Source: Lingula anatina | Taxonomy: Eukaryota; Animalia; Brachiopoda | Length of the DNA stretch: 64,000 nucleotides | Direction of reading: 5' to 3' | Assembly (NCBI GenBank): GCA_051362555.1 | Contig: CM120643.1 | Span: forward strand, 16,992,848-17,056,847 | Shown here: positions 12,170 to 26,497 of the stretch, in pieces | Layout of the letters: every line of letters begins with the position of its first letter | How positions within the stretch are numbered: position 1 is the first letter of the stretch | Translations under genes and position numbers: made by a program | The notes under the pieces: generated by a model | Databases searched by the model: none | What the model was told of the DNA's origin: nothing | What the model saw: only the letters and a program-made list of their open reading frames with translations

Positions 12170-15100
12170 TAAGACCCTGAAAAAAATCCTTCTGGTCGTG
12201 GTTTATCGATTAAAACTATCTGGAAAAATACTGGTAATAAACTTAAACATAAATGGAGAAAAAAAATCAGCGTCAGGAATGTACTAAATTTGTGGCAAGA
12301 AATCAAATTGGACACCAATAGAGAGAGAGAAAAAAAAAGTGCATTTCTTTTCACAAAAGTGACATGGATAAGTCATTTGGCAGCACCAAACTCTGCATGG
12401 GAAGTTTATATAGCCTAGATGACAACTCTCAAAATTGTTCAGTCAGACCAAGAGCCATTTTGCCTGCCCTGAAACATACATAAATCCTTGAAAAGTCATG
12501 GTAACACATTTGTAAATCTTATGAAATGACAGTTTCCTGAAGTCTGCTTTCAACACACACACACAAGGAGTACAGTGACCGCGTGTCTTCAGTCAAGTAC
12601 AACTGCCATTAAGGCACCCAGAGTTAGGATTCTATTCTTTCTGTTGCTTAGAAAAGCACATATCAAAGACCTAAGTACAAATGAATATACAAGCTTGAAA
12701 TATGTTCTAGCAGATCGTATAAGATTTCTAGTTTTTTTGTTTTTTTTTTTTTTGCTATTTGACAATGGAAACTCTCCCATCTGGTGCTGTAGCATAGTAA
12801 TCATTAGGCACACAGAAGAGAATTCTACCTTGGCCAAAGAAAATATTCCAATTTCATAACTTTTCCAAAAGTTATCATTGCCATTTAGTGATAAAGTTGG
12901 AAAATATGATGTGGAGTTCAGGGGGCACCTAAGCCAATGATATTTCTGCCTCCCAAAAAGTTGGAAATCCTCTGATAGACAGAAAAAATCTCATCCCATA
13001 TCAAATTTCATTCAAGTTTTCACTTTGACAAAAGTCATCCAGCCATTTGGATTAAAGATATTTCATCCTAGAGAGAGCCAGTTATCAATCAACTGAAGTC
13101 TTATTTGTTCTTTCCATTCCACCATTCCTGACATCAAGTGCATTATACCTAAAATCTTACCAGTTAATCAGGACCTGATGGGTGGCTATCTGTCTCTCTT
13201 ATCTAAATCAAAACAAAAATCTAATCAAATTATTCTAATATCAACACAGTAACTGCAGTGCCTTGTCAACCCTTCCCCTCTCCAACCTCAACACATTCTC
13301 TCCTTATAAGATAAACATCACAACATTCCGTCTCCTCTGTAATTTTACCTTCAATTTTCATGAAAATGCCACACCACCAGCAAAGGGCGAAGCAGAAAAA
13401 AGTACTTGATGCATGATAGCGCTACCCAAAATTCCAGGCCTCCAAGCTAGTCCGCCATACTGGTAATGAATTTTCTATCAATCTTTCATCTGTTATATAA
13501 AATGTAGATTATCTATAAGCCATTAGTGAGTCATTCTGTTGGGCACTTATGTGTGTCCTAGTTTTCTCTGCTTCTTCTCAACTCCCAATGAATACAACAT
13601 TTAAAGTTCTTACTTAAGAGATTCCTCAATTCAAACAAATTTGATCATTATGTTTCTAAAAAAAAAGGCCTCATAAGTCAAACCAGAAGGGGATTTAAAA
13701 GATCTGAAAAGTTGAATTAAGGCAACAAAATATCTTTATGAGAGTAAATAATATTATTTACTTATTTATTTATTTATCATATTTGATAAAGATTAGAATT
13801 GAAGAAGAAGGGGTACCATCAATATAGAATACTGCCATTAATAATAATATCTTCTTGAATGAAAGATAAACAAATTAACTTGGTACTGATCTATTTCAGG
13901 GTTTAAAACAAAAAAGATAGCTGACCCATTCCATACCCCCCTTACCTTTGATTTTCACCTATGTCTTATCAAGCAATATACTATATTTATCACTGGCCTG
14001 GCTATCACTTCTCAAACCCCCAAACATGTCAGTCAGAGTCTCATCCCTAGATAAGTGATGTTTTAGAAATAAAACCAAGGGGTTCTTAATCAAATGAAAA
14101 CCTGGCAAAGATGACTTCCAAAAATAGTGCCCCAGATGTAGATTCACAGACCATGTTTATTCAAAAATAATGTAATCAGACTGCCAAGTTTCTCTAAACA
14201 ATATTTTATCGGAATGATCATCTCCCTAAAGAAATGAAACTGCTTCCCTTAGTGTCTGAAATTCCTCCATCTGATTCCCTTTTGCCAACTTTCCACAAGT
14301 ACAAAAATATGAAACAATCATCATTGTGTCATTTGCTTTCAGGCCCTTTACTTGAAACACTATTTTTATAAATTCTTATTCTTTCTTTTTTATTTGAAAT
14401 CAATCTAATAAACTGTACTGACAAATGCAAAAAACCCTCCATTTACCACCCTGTCTGTCTTCTACCAACAAAACCTTATGCCTATCCCAACACATGACAC
14501 ACCTGACCAGAAACTATCCAATCAGAAGCCTACTATCAAAACACTCTGGACACAAACATTGGGAACACTCCTCTCCAGATGGCCAGAAAACCAGCTTTCC
14601 CTGATAGAGGCTGGCATGTTTAGAGAGTAATGACTTGCCCCATTGGCAACAAATTAAAAACAAATGTACTGATTAAGGGTATCATTTCTCAGTTGGCAGC
14701 CATTAAATAAGGATACTGTAAGATACATATTAAGGTCTCTCAAAGATACCAATGTTTTCAATTTCCGTGCCACACCATGTACTGTCAGCCTTAAAAGCAC
14801 ACAGGAAAACAAGTGCAAAAAGATCTGTATGCTTCGTTTTCAAATTCAGGACAGAAATGGCAAAGATCCTACAATTTTTTTAATAGAAAACAGTGTGAAA
14901 GACTTTTGAAGAATTTTTTTCCTCGTCTCTCAGAAAAAAAAATAGTCCTGATACCTGAATCAATACCAAAGGCAAAGAGAAAAAAAACCATTCCAAACAA
15001 AAATGTTGCCCCTCTCCGTTGAACTAGGAGACAGTAGCATCTTGCAGACCTTATAACAATATTAATTCTAAACTGAGTGGTATTTGACATGCCACAAGAA

Positions 15101-17688
15101 TGCTAGAAAAAACATTTTGAATCAACAGATGAAGACATGTATTAGAAGTAACTGCCAGATAAATAGTAGGCTTTGTTGTTTTTTTACACAGTTTTACAAA
15201 ACGGTGTAACATGTTCGAAGGAGAGTGGGGGTTAGGATAGGAGAGGCTTTTTTTTGCAGAAAGATGGAATGCAAGTAACAACAAAGTTGGCAATATTCCT
15301 GGTCTAACACATTATTATTATTATTATTTTTTTTTTTTTTGGGGGGGGGGGGGGGAGGATTATTAGAAGACAGAATTTAAAAAAGATTGAAGAAAAAAGT
15401 TTCTTGGCTCTGCACGTACCACCTCCTACTTATCTACATCTCAAATGCTTCGTTTGGGTTAAAAATTTCAAGTGATTCAAAGATCCATAACTCGCACCTA
15501 CAGTTCCACTAATTTGAGAATAATTAATTTACCTTGTTACAATCAAAGTTTGCAGAACTTCTTAACTGGAGCTATTTAAAGCACCAATCCAAGAGATTCC
15601 TTTGATGTTCCTTATAGGCCTTATCATGTTATCATGTATTGGCCCAAACAACAAGGGCAGGCAGTGACTTGTAACTTCCATGCCAATACTGCACTATTCT
15701 ATGAGCCTAAAAGATATAAACTCACATTAAAACTGGAATCAATTAGCATCCAAACACTGATCAAAGCTTAATTTGATTCTATGAAGAACAATCAATATGC
15801 AATCAAAGTTTAAAGCTGCATGTCAAATTATCGAAGCAAAACTTAAAGATTTTGGGGTTTGGGGACTAACTCTACAAACTTTTAGCTCCAATTTTGCCTC
15901 ACATATAAACAATGGTATCACAGAGTCTCAAATGGTCAGCCAAACCATCACAATAAAGACAAAAAAGGTACATCATTATACAGAATAAAAAGCAAAGAAC
16001 AATACTCTACAGATAGGTGAGTAGGCCCCTCAGAGGACAGGAAAGAACACAAACTCCCTGATCAGGAAATAATGAGGCAAAGAAGATCAAACACAAATAC
16101 CCCTGGACCTATGATTGCAACTCAATCATTTCAATATCACTTAATCATTTCTATATTGTCATTTCTCTATCTTAATACAACTGACCAATGCCCAATCTGG
16201 CCACAACTGGAATTTGTCAACTAATACTCTAATGCTGTAATATATGGCAACAAACAGATGTGAGCCTCATACTGTCATTGATACTGTATCCCCAGAGATT
16301 ACCCTAAGCCCAGAGATTAGCTTAATAAGCATGGCAAACAAACAGGCGTGGTGGGGCCTAAAGACGGGTGGAGAAAACAGGTTATCAGAAAGAGGAGAAG
16401 AGTTCAGGAGATGGAAAGAATGAAAAGAAAAGAAAAGAAAGTTGGCTGTGGAAAGAGAGAATGGAAAAGAACAAGTGAAGAGTGGAGATGGAACAGTAGG
16501 TTTAAAATCAAGCACCCACCCTCTGTAAATTCAAACTGTGCTAACCGACTAGATAAGCAGTATTTGTAAATGAAATGGAGGGTCTCCATTAAACCCCCAA
16601 AAATGACTTGATAAAACGATAAGAATCACATACATCTCTACCTGAAGCCTATTAAAATTCACTCAAGGAAATCTATTTGTAAATCACACAACTTAGTCTA
16701 AATAGAAATGTCCAATGACCCTTTCTCTTCCTTACCTTACAACCTTCCCTCCGTGGTCACTAGAAGCACACTGACCCCCTGTTCACCGGACCATGTGTCT
16801 CACTTGACCACAAGCCACAGACTGACCCAACTGAACCCAGGCTAATGACAGGATACAAGGAGTTCACCAATGGCCAAAATGTACCGATATGTTTTCACCA
16901 AGAATATTAAGATTATTTTTTCTTTTTATAACTTATTAAAGTGGCTGAAAACCAATTTTCTAATTTCAAATTTTTCTAGTGAACTGATTGAAGTAACTAA
17001 TGGTTGATTAAGTTCTGGCTATATTTATCATTATACTTGGTTGATGGGTCTAAGATTTATCAGAAAAAGCAAGAAAAAAATTATACAAAAAAGTTGTTTT
17101 CCTTTTATTGGACTTAATGTGTTACAGACTGCTAAATCAAGATTTCAAATTTTGAAATTTTCAACCTTCAAGGAAAAAGATGACACTTTTATTAAATATC
17201 TGTGCATGGGGTGGGTGGGGGGGGGGGAGGGGCAGCAAAAGGCTTAGCTTGACCAATCTCTGACCATCTATAAGGATGTTTAAAATCATACCCATCTAAT
17301 GCCAAAAAGAACAACTTGAACATCATCTTCTTCATGTAAACCACTCAGCTCTTAACAATCAACTCCTATTAATCCTGCCTCAGAACAACTTTAAGTGGTA
17401 CGTGAAGACCACTATCCCAGGTAGATTATGATGCCCAGTACACTCATTAAGGCTGTGGTCCCATGTTGCTTAAACGATAATGTTTCTTAATGTTAGGGTT
17501 GAACAGCAAGTGTATCAGGTCATCCTGTTAAATCAAAGTCAGCTTTCAACTTGTAGATATTAAATAGCTTCAGTCATGTTAAATGTCTATGATAGAAACA
17601 GGGTTAAATATATCTACAATCTGTGTTATTAATTTTTCATTAACAATATTGTATGGCCATGTTAACAACCAATTTGAAAGTTCATCTG

Positions 17689-17855
17689 TGGACTAACAGA
17701 TCCGCAGATCAAATATGACCGACTCACTTGAAACTATCCCCATGGGAATATATTCAATGTCTATTGGAGGATTATGCAGCAAGCTTTCAAGTGGGTCAGC
17801 CATATTTGATCTGCAGACCTGTTAGTCCCTGGACCAACGTATTCTGAATACCCCC
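17689..17855. mobile_element. Family B palindromic MITE, partial copy
   Basis: Inverted arms GGACTAACAGATCCGCAGATCAAATATG...CATATTTGATCTGCAGACCTGTTAGTCC. The left tip is missing. Confidence 0.7.
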
Positions 17856-17868
17856 TATTATAGACTAA

Positions 17869-18083
17869 GAGGGCATTCCCAGAGATTTAGATCGATCTTA
17901 CTAGATTGACTTAACTCCCTGGGGGTTCACGCTAAATTGCAGTCAGCCGACCGCGCACGGAAGTTAATTACCCCCTTACAGCTTGTAGTAGGCGGGACGT
18001 ACATTTAAGCCGGATTATCTGACAGTAATCTAGTGAGATTCCCCACGGGGATAGATCGATCTAAAATCTACGGGAATGCGCCC
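17869..18083 (-). mobile_element. Family A MITE copy 2 (inverted orientation)
   Basis: TAA TSD (17866-17868, 18084-18086). Ends GAGGGCATTCCC...GGGAATGCGCCC. The interior is the reverse complement of the other A copies. Confidence 0.88.
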
Positions 18084-20313
18084 TAAGCTTACATGCTCTC
18101 TCTCTCTCTCATATAATTTCAGTTAATCACTTAAACAAATTTATTCCATCTATACAAAAAATTACTACAAAGGTGAAGAAAGGGTCAGAGGAGTATTTGC
18201 AATTCCATTCAGCACTGTGTCTATTTTGGGATTGTTATCTGTTGCTTTTGACTATATTTACAGACCTAACACCTCACATGCAGGTCATATATAAAATGTG
18301 CTTCCATCCAAATAAACATTATCTTTATCATATTTGTTACTAAAAATAGGGCATTTGAATTAGGCTGGCTTTAACCTATTTTTTCTTTATTGGCCTAAAT
18401 TGTGAGATCTCATTTTCAAAAGATAACTACTCTTCAAAATACAGTATTTTTCCTTATACAGTAAACAAGACCACAAATGGACTTTTTGCATGATCACAAG
18501 AAATCATGACTGCACCCATGGTATTCAGCCAAAGCTCCTGAACTTCTGTGCGTGTTAAACATAGCACCCATCCTGTCCAGTCTGTGACCACACCTTGCCT
18601 AGTGGACATGACACAGTCATGAATTTAACAGATCTGTCACGCGTATAATGGAGTTTCTCTCTTCCAAAAGTGATGTCTGCAAATCCTTCTCAATAACTCA
18701 CCCAAACTGTTGATCTGCATGGTGTCATTTGTTTTTCCAGTTTTGTCTGTAGAAGTCTTCCATCTGCCCTCCCCCCTCCACCTCTTTAAAAAACACCTCT
18801 AGTGTACAAATACTGTACCTTCCCCATCCCACTACTAAATACTCTCATCACTGCAAATGCGAGAATCTTCAAGAACTCTGCTTGCTTTTTATTGAACTTT
18901 ATTCCTGGATGGAACTACTATTAATATTGATATGGAAAATATAAAATAAGTCACAGATGGTGCTCAAAATTTGGAAACCGGAAAACTCTAAGGCAAATCA
19001 TTGCCAAATGTTGTCTCTTCATTTATCAAGCCTATGAAATATTTTGGGTACAACTGCTTTGTTGACACTAATGAAAAAATCAGTGATAAATGAGGATTTA
19101 ATGTTCTCCCTTTGGTTAAATTTTAGAAGAAGAGGAAAAAAACGATGGGAAGCAATGGGTATTAATACTGCACAAGATATATGCTGTATTCTGTTTGCAA
19201 AGGGTGGGCGAGGATAAATCAAAATCTACTGTAATTACTGTCAAAACATAAATCAAAATCTACAGTAATTACAACAAAACTAACATGATAGACACATATA
19301 AAATACTTTTCAAGAATAAAAGGATTGATTGTCTGCATGTTACTGGCCAGAACTGCTTTGTTTTATCAACTGACCTATTAAAATGGTCAAGTTACAAGGG
19401 GAAAATGGCAAAGAAAAAGGGACTGAAAAAGGAATAAATCAAAACAATTAACTGACACATTTCACTATGAGACAAGAAAAAACAAATGTTGATGTACTGC
19501 TTCAGTACATGTGAGCTGAATGGAAGTACTTTTTCAAGGCAAACATCAGAAATACAGCCGTTGCATTCTCACGTTTCAAATTGCTCTAGTTGACACAAAT
19601 TTATGAGTTTTAATCCAGAACAAATTTCTCTCCTTTGTTCCATTTTTTCCCCTTCATCAATTCCTGTCCCAACTCCATAAAAGTCAGGACTTTGTTGGCT
19701 ATTGCTCGACCTCCCCAGGACGACTATTTTTTCGACATACATCTGTCAAACGCGCGCCTTGCATCTCTGTCCAAACTTGTTCACTTTTGCTCTCTAATCT
19801 CAATCACCTTGGTGTGATACAAGTTTAGATTTACAGTATAAATACAGCTCCCGATAACATCCAGTTGCCCAGCAATTTGGCTAAAACCTGTAGATCAAGC
19901 TAATCCCCCTTACCCAACATTGAGCTGATAATCGCAGTTTTGCTGCCAAGAATTAAGCCACAATTTTTTCATTTTTTTTACTATCTGGTTTAAGAAAGTC
20001 AACTTTATTGCCTTCAAGATTAGCCTTTTGTGCCTTCTATGGCCTCAATCTGGGGTATATCCAATATTAAAGCAGAGTATGGAGCTTTGGCATTTAACAA
20101 CCTTCCTCTTCCGCCATATTAAAAACCCTTCTACTTCAAACGTACTATGGCAGAATTTGCAACATCAAACTACATTTTTCTAAGAGGTACCATCTAGAAT
20201 ACATAGCTCTGATAAAGAAAACCTTTATTCTGAAAGCAGAAAGCATATCAATTATTGAATTATTCTTCATATAATTACTATTTGTGGGGGGGAAAGGTGT
20301 GGAAAATGCTCAC

Positions 20314-20502
20314 CCTGGCAGCGGCTTTGATTTTCCTTAAAAGCTCTACCGTGGGCCCAAGGAACTCGTGTCTAAACTGATCCCAGTTCCCATCAAACTG
20401 CTCATCAATGCACTGCTTCACTTGGCTGACCAAGACTCCCTCTACACTGGCATACGGGATGTAAAGTCCTTCTAAGGAGGCCCTTAAAGTGGTTTCCACG
20501 TT
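20314..20502 (-). CDS. Probable internal exon of the same host gene (NVETTLRASLEGLYIPYASVEGVLVSQVKQCIDEQFDGNWDQFRHEFLGPTVELLRKIKAAAR)
   Basis: 189 nt, phase 0/0. Acceptor cttattttaaatttcag| and donor AGG|gtgagc. GC-elevated helical protein-like frame, phase-compatible with the 26270-26362 exon. Gene not recognised. Confidence 0.7.
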
Positions 20503-21308
20503 CTGAAATTTAAAATAAGAGTTCAGATAATAAAAAAACATCCCCAGCTTCACCCCCCCCCAAAAAAAACCAATAAATGGAAAAACTGTTTTTCCAAGTA
20601 ACAATACCAAACAATGTTATATATCACAAAATTTCTGATATCAATAGGTAACTTCAGTACAAGTGCACAGATTCATTACAAAATGATCATCAAAGACAGC
20701 GCTGTGAAAATCTAATTGCAACAAGTTCAAATTACTGTCAAACTCAAATGCTAAAGTGGTTCAGAAAATTGCAATGTAACTACAAATCTTAGGCACTTTA
20801 ATTCTGCTAAATCTAATAAAGGAGGAGTAGCTGCACATGGTAAATAAAAATAAATATATGGCACCAACTGGGGGAGAAACCACTTTGGGGTAAGAGTTGC
20901 ACAGTGTGCTACATAATCACTGCATAAAAAACAAAATGGTGAAAACAGATAATTAACGGCTGTCAAGTTGACAAAAGAGGTATGAGGCCATAACAGAATT
21001 AATGTCGACTATAAAGTATTTTTTCGGTCACAGTACTGCCTTGGAGAAACACGTTTTATTTATGTTAAAAAGTCAAGCTGCGTGATTATTTTCTGGCAGG
21101 CCATGTCTTTGTCTTGTGACTTTTTTATCACGGGCACTGAAAGAGAACTTTCACATCATAATGAGAAACAACATTCTTAAATAAGTATTCCTTTCTATGA
21201 ATCTAAATATATACTATAGTACAGCTTTTCTGGCCCTGCTCCCCTCCCCAATATTTTTCCTTCAAATCCTCAAACTTCAAATCCTAAGCCAAACTAGCTT
21301 GAGACAAA

Positions 21309-21862
21309 TACCCCGTTCACACTACAGTTGCCAAAATGCGCATTTCTATAATTCGGATTTTTCGTAAGGAATCCGATTCGGTATTGCGTTCACACTCGCT
21401 AAGCGAATACGAATCCCACGTTGAAAATTTCAGGTTAAACTTCCTGTTTTGAACACTCGCGCATGCGCCGCACAGGAAATCTTAAAATATCAACAAAAAT
21501 TTGTGACGACAAATGCAACTCAAAAGACATTCCAGCATTCTTGAGAAGTATAAGGTGGCAAAATAAGTTTGTTTCCTCATGTTGTAGTGAGTGGTGACCG
21601 CCAAATACGTTTGGTGCAATCGCTAAAGTAATAAACCAGCGTTCATAGATACCTGCACTTATCTGCACACATGCGCAGTAAGATCTGTACAGGTGTCGAT
21701 TCCGGTAAGTTATCCGGATCGCGCTTAGAAATCCACCTCGCTTGCAGGATTTTGAAAATGCGCATTTTCAAAATCCTCTTGCGTTCACACTACTGCATTT
21801 ATTCGAATTGTGACCTAATTTCGCAACCTATCCGGATAACTGAGCGTAGTGTGAACGGGATA
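21309..21862. mobile_element. Harbinger-type non-autonomous element, family F (554 bp)
   Basis: TIRs TA(C/T)CCCGTTCACACTAC with 3-bp AAA flanks. Internal GCGTTCACACT repeats and a perfect 30-bp palindrome GGATTTTGAAAATGCGCATTTTCAAAATCC. CpG-rich relative to flanks. Confidence 0.78.
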
Positions 21863-23432
21863 AAAGTCTTTTACTTATTCCACTGACCTGACAAGAGAGA
21901 CACACATTTTTTTGCTGATGTTGAAATATAAACCCTATGCACTGATCAGCGTAATTCCACAGGGTGCAATTCACAAAAATGATTTTTCACATCTTTTTTT
22001 TTCTCTTGGGTCAATGGGTTTTGTTGTTCAAACATCCCCCAACTTAGTGGAATAATTTAACAGATTCAATAAATCAGCAGGGAGAATTGCATGGCTGGCT
22101 GAATGAAGATGGTGAATAATCAGTAAAATATCTCTCCGCCAGCTATGACGTAAGGAGCCTGCTGAGATTTTTCCTAAAGTGTGCATGTACGAGTCCATCT
22201 ACCACCCTGTGCTTTGTACTGTACTACTACCAGTATAATGATGTGAATGGGAAAACACATAACATCACTTTTTAAATTCATTCTAAATGGTGATGTTTAT
22301 ATATCATAAGAATTCGTCAGTAATGGTTTCATGATTTCATATTCTGAATGCAGATTTTAGTCCAGCCTTTCTTTTATATAATTACTAAGAATCAGCATTT
22401 CACTGTTTGTAGCAGTATATTAAGATGACGGAGTACCCAGGCATATTTTTTATCTTTTACATTTGATTTGATTTTTTATTCATTATTCTTTCATCTATTA
22501 GGGTGCTGTTGGGAGATTATAAATTTGGAAAGTTTGGAAAGTGGAAAGAGGAATTTAGGAAGTTCATTATCTGCTCAATTTCACTTACACAAATGAGATG
22601 TGCACTTTAAAAAATTGTCAAATGTAGATTAAGGGCAGCACTTCAGCAAAATGAAATATTAAGGTACTTATTTGTCTTAGAAAATAATACAGTCCCAGAA
22701 GTACATGAAACATACAGGCCCCACATGTTGTTATATTTATATACACAGCTCACACTGGCAATATAAATTTCTCTACACTGCAACCTCCATACCATCTATC
22801 TCCTAGCAACGGTAAACACAAAAATGCTTTCAGACCATTTTGTTCACTTTCTCTTTTGTGGAATGTTTCCTGCTTAACAGAAAATACAACATACAAAATT
22901 CTTAGGTACCATAAATTATGTCAGGGGTTCTTATGAATGATGAAAATGGAAAGGTCACGTTGGCAGACGGACTCTCTGTTGTGAAAAATAAACTGAGCAA
23001 GAAGTTTCTAAAAGGGAAGAGCTGCTAAAACTGATAATAAAAAGCACGGCCTTGAATGCGAAAAGAACTGAACTCTAACAAGTTATAAAGTGTTTAAATT
23101 AAGCAGCAAAAAATCTGTAACCCGTTTCTTAAATATCTATTTCACAATCTTGATAGAATTGTTCATTCTCAACAAACAACACAACTAATCCATTTAATGC
23201 AAAGTAAAAAAATCTTTATGAAAAGCAAAGCAAAACAATTTAGAGCTAAATATACCTTGCTGCACATACCTAGACAGATAGACAGACAGACAATACAGTT
23301 ACCCAAGTAAACCATTTATGCATAGATGTTTTCTAAGATAACTTGTTTTCAGTCGTTCTTTTATGTTTGTGAACACGTTAAATAACACGAGCACTTTCTG
23401 ATAACTACATACTGCCATTAAACTGGTGCCTG

Positions 23433-23434
<2 letters not shown>

Positions 23435-23474
<40 letters not shown>

Positions 23475-23500
23475 AAAAACAAACACACACACACACACAC
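23435..23500 (+). repeat. (AC)n microsatellite, interrupted
   Basis: Read directly from the sequence. Confidence 0.95.
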
Positions 23501-26269
23501 TATTTACCTTACTACAGCCAATATACAACTCCTTCACGCAGTATTCTTCCCACCACCCAGCCGGCTGATACTATCCAGTGTTATAGCTAATCATGAACTT
23601 CCCTGGGAGGTTAAAAAATATCCAAGAGGCAAGCGACTACTCAGCAGACAAGAATGTTCTAAGATTACTGCTAGTTTATCTCTCAGCAATGCCACAACTC
23701 AAAAAGAGTTGTCTGCAAATCGTGGAACATTAACACTCCTGTCAGAGAGAGGTGTAAACTACGGAGCGAGAGTGAGGGGAAAGGTTAAATCTGTTTGGTT
23801 AAAATAAATGTGTGGTAGAAGAGGCGGCTTGCAGTCTGACAGGCACCCTGAAGTTCTGGGCATGGGGGTAGCGCTAACAAATAATAAACCCCAAATGCAA
23901 TAAAAAAATGAAGACTGTTTTTGTTACAAAAGCTTTTAAAAAATACATGTAAATCCCCCTGTTGGATAGGGATAAAGAAAGAGATTGAGGTTGAGCAATC
24001 AAAAGTGACATTGGGGAATAAAGTGGTTCTTTGGGAAATGAGTCATCATTTTTAGGTCTGCAGTTGGGGTAGACAACTGTTGGAGATGGAAAGAGGGACA
24101 CTGATGTCTTTGTGAAATACTAGACCTCACTTAGACACAGCAGTGAGAACATTTGCACCAATCAAGATACTCTAATTAGATCAACGCTTGTTTCTCACAG
24201 AGACATGTTAAAAGTGTCCTCAGAACCTGTTGGCAAAGGCAAACAGGGTGTGTAAACCTTAATATAGCAAATAGAAAATTTGCCCAAATTTTTCTGGAAA
24301 TTTTAGCATTTTCCCATTAATCACCAAGGTATACCTTGTCCAAAATTATCACGGAAATTACCATTTACAGCTCTCAATTTTTAATTTTTACCATCACAAA
24401 CAAAATTTGAATACCATTTTCAATATGCAAGTTGATCAAAACTTAGAAACTTAGGGTGAGAAGAAGTCTACATAGTTATTTGTAAATATTTTGTGATTGT
24501 CATGCCTTAATTGGTGACAAAGGAAAAATTGCTAAAATTAAAGAAAATAATTTCCTGAGCGCAATGAAGGCAGGAATCAATTGTGAAGGGCATGCCTTAT
24601 TTGATCTGTGGACTAATTAGTTAGCGTATCAACTAGTTGTGAACTCGGCCTAACACTCACTGTGTGACTTAAATTTCCATCTATTCACATCTAACTGATG
24701 AAATATTTAGCTGCAACTCTATTTTTATTGCCACTCTGACACTCTTATGTCTAACAAGAGACAATCATCAGAGAATAAAGCCATAGGTGTTATGGTAGCC
24801 ACTAATACAGCTGATAAAATTCTTTGCCAAGTATGAAAAGATTCCCTGGCCCCTCACAGCGAGGTCACCAAGTACCTCTCTTATTTCTCAATAAGACTCT
24901 AGTAAATGAAGGCGTTATTCAATCACTGCAATTAAATTTAATGGGATCAAATCTAGAAGCGCATAATTCAAGTCAAAATCCCTTATTAAATAGTTTCAGG
25001 TGATTTCCCACATAGAGATATATATATAACCAAAATGAAGTTTTGACAGCAAAGTGTTCTTTTTCACTCATACAACTGCAATTTCCTCCCAATAAATGCT
25101 ACTTATAAACCATATGACCAATTTGTGACAGTTTTAAGTGTGCTTTTTAAAATCTTGTGTCCCTCTTAAATTATAATTCTTTGCAACATATGACCTGTGT
25201 TAAAAAAGACTTATACAAACCCCCTCAAGTCAAGAGGAGAAATCACGATGACTAAGTAAACACCCCTTCACATTTTCACAAAATCTACATTTTTTGTCAA
25301 CATCTTGAGAAATACTGTGATCAATAGCTAAGTGTCACTTCCACATGTATGCATCTTAAAAAACATGAAGTATATGGTTTTTTTGCAGAAAAAAAGACAT
25401 CACTATAACAGGTGCCTTGTGGGAAATCAGTCCGAATAGGGACATCCACCTTTGATATATGTGTGATGGGAGAGAACAAACATGCCTATATTCTTTTTAT
25501 ATCGACAATAAAATTTATTACTGCTGAGCCTGAGTAGCGGGTAATAGAATTCTGCGTTTCACAACTTACATACATATTAATAGGCTGGACTGGTAGCATA
25601 ACATGATTTAGAATTCTGCATTTATGTGGCAGACAGAGCTATTAGATTCACTGAGAAATGTTCAAGTTGTTCATGAACCTTTTATTATTATTATCTTATT
25701 ATATTTTTTTTTTGTTCTAACGTTCGATGCTATGTACTTTCGTTGATCTCTGAATTTCACATTTTGACCCATTTCTTGTATCAAAATCAACTTGTGGGTA
25801 ATCAATATTTTCTAGTTTTCCATACATTTGATAGGACCCAACAGTTTATAAACAGTGACAAGATGTTTGCTGGAGTGAAAATAATTCATCATAGAGTTGC
25901 AGCTTCTTCCTGGAAACAATGTGATAAATGTATTATCTATAATTTACATCTTCCTTATAGCTTCTCCACTGCTCTGATTGGTAAACTATTTCCCAGAGAA
26001 GCAATAATGACATGCACTTGTGAATCACCTGTGCAAAACGGAGAGAAAAGGGTATGTGGAATTTCTGATAAATGGCTGAAAAGATTAAATATAGGGCTCT
26101 TGGTAAAGTGTGTGTTTGTGGAGTAGGGGTTGGGGGATGTGCAATAAAACAGATAGGTACATAGTAAAAATATATGGCCTTGTCACTTACTTTGAAGAGG
26201 GGGTTACAACTTTTCACATAGTTTTTTTTGTACAGTATTTCCTTGAAAAAGATGAATTGCAAAACCCAC

Positions 26270-26362
26270 CTCCTCAGTTACAGCATCTTCTTCCTCCTCC
26301 TCTTCCTCCTCGTTGTCGTCTTCGTCAAGTTCTGCTATGCCAGGCAATCTGCCATACACACT
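26270..26362 (-). CDS. Probable internal exon of an unidentified host gene (SVYGRLPGIAELDEDDNEEEEEEEEDAVTEE)
   Basis: 93 nt, phase 0/0. Acceptor gtgttcttgttgttacag| and donor GAG|gtgggt. Open, acidic, protein-like frame, more GC-rich than its flanks. Confidence 0.6.
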
Positions 26363-26458
26363 CTGTAACAACAAGAACACTAACATCAGTGGTGCACTAT
26401 ACTCCATATCATTAAAGTTAACAGTACTGCAAGGGCCCTTAGGAGATATAACTGAGGC

Positions 26459-26497
26459 AAACAAACAAACAAACAAACAAACAAACAAACAAACAAA
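26459..26497 (+). repeat. (AAAC)n microsatellite
   Basis: Read directly from the sequence. Confidence 0.95.
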
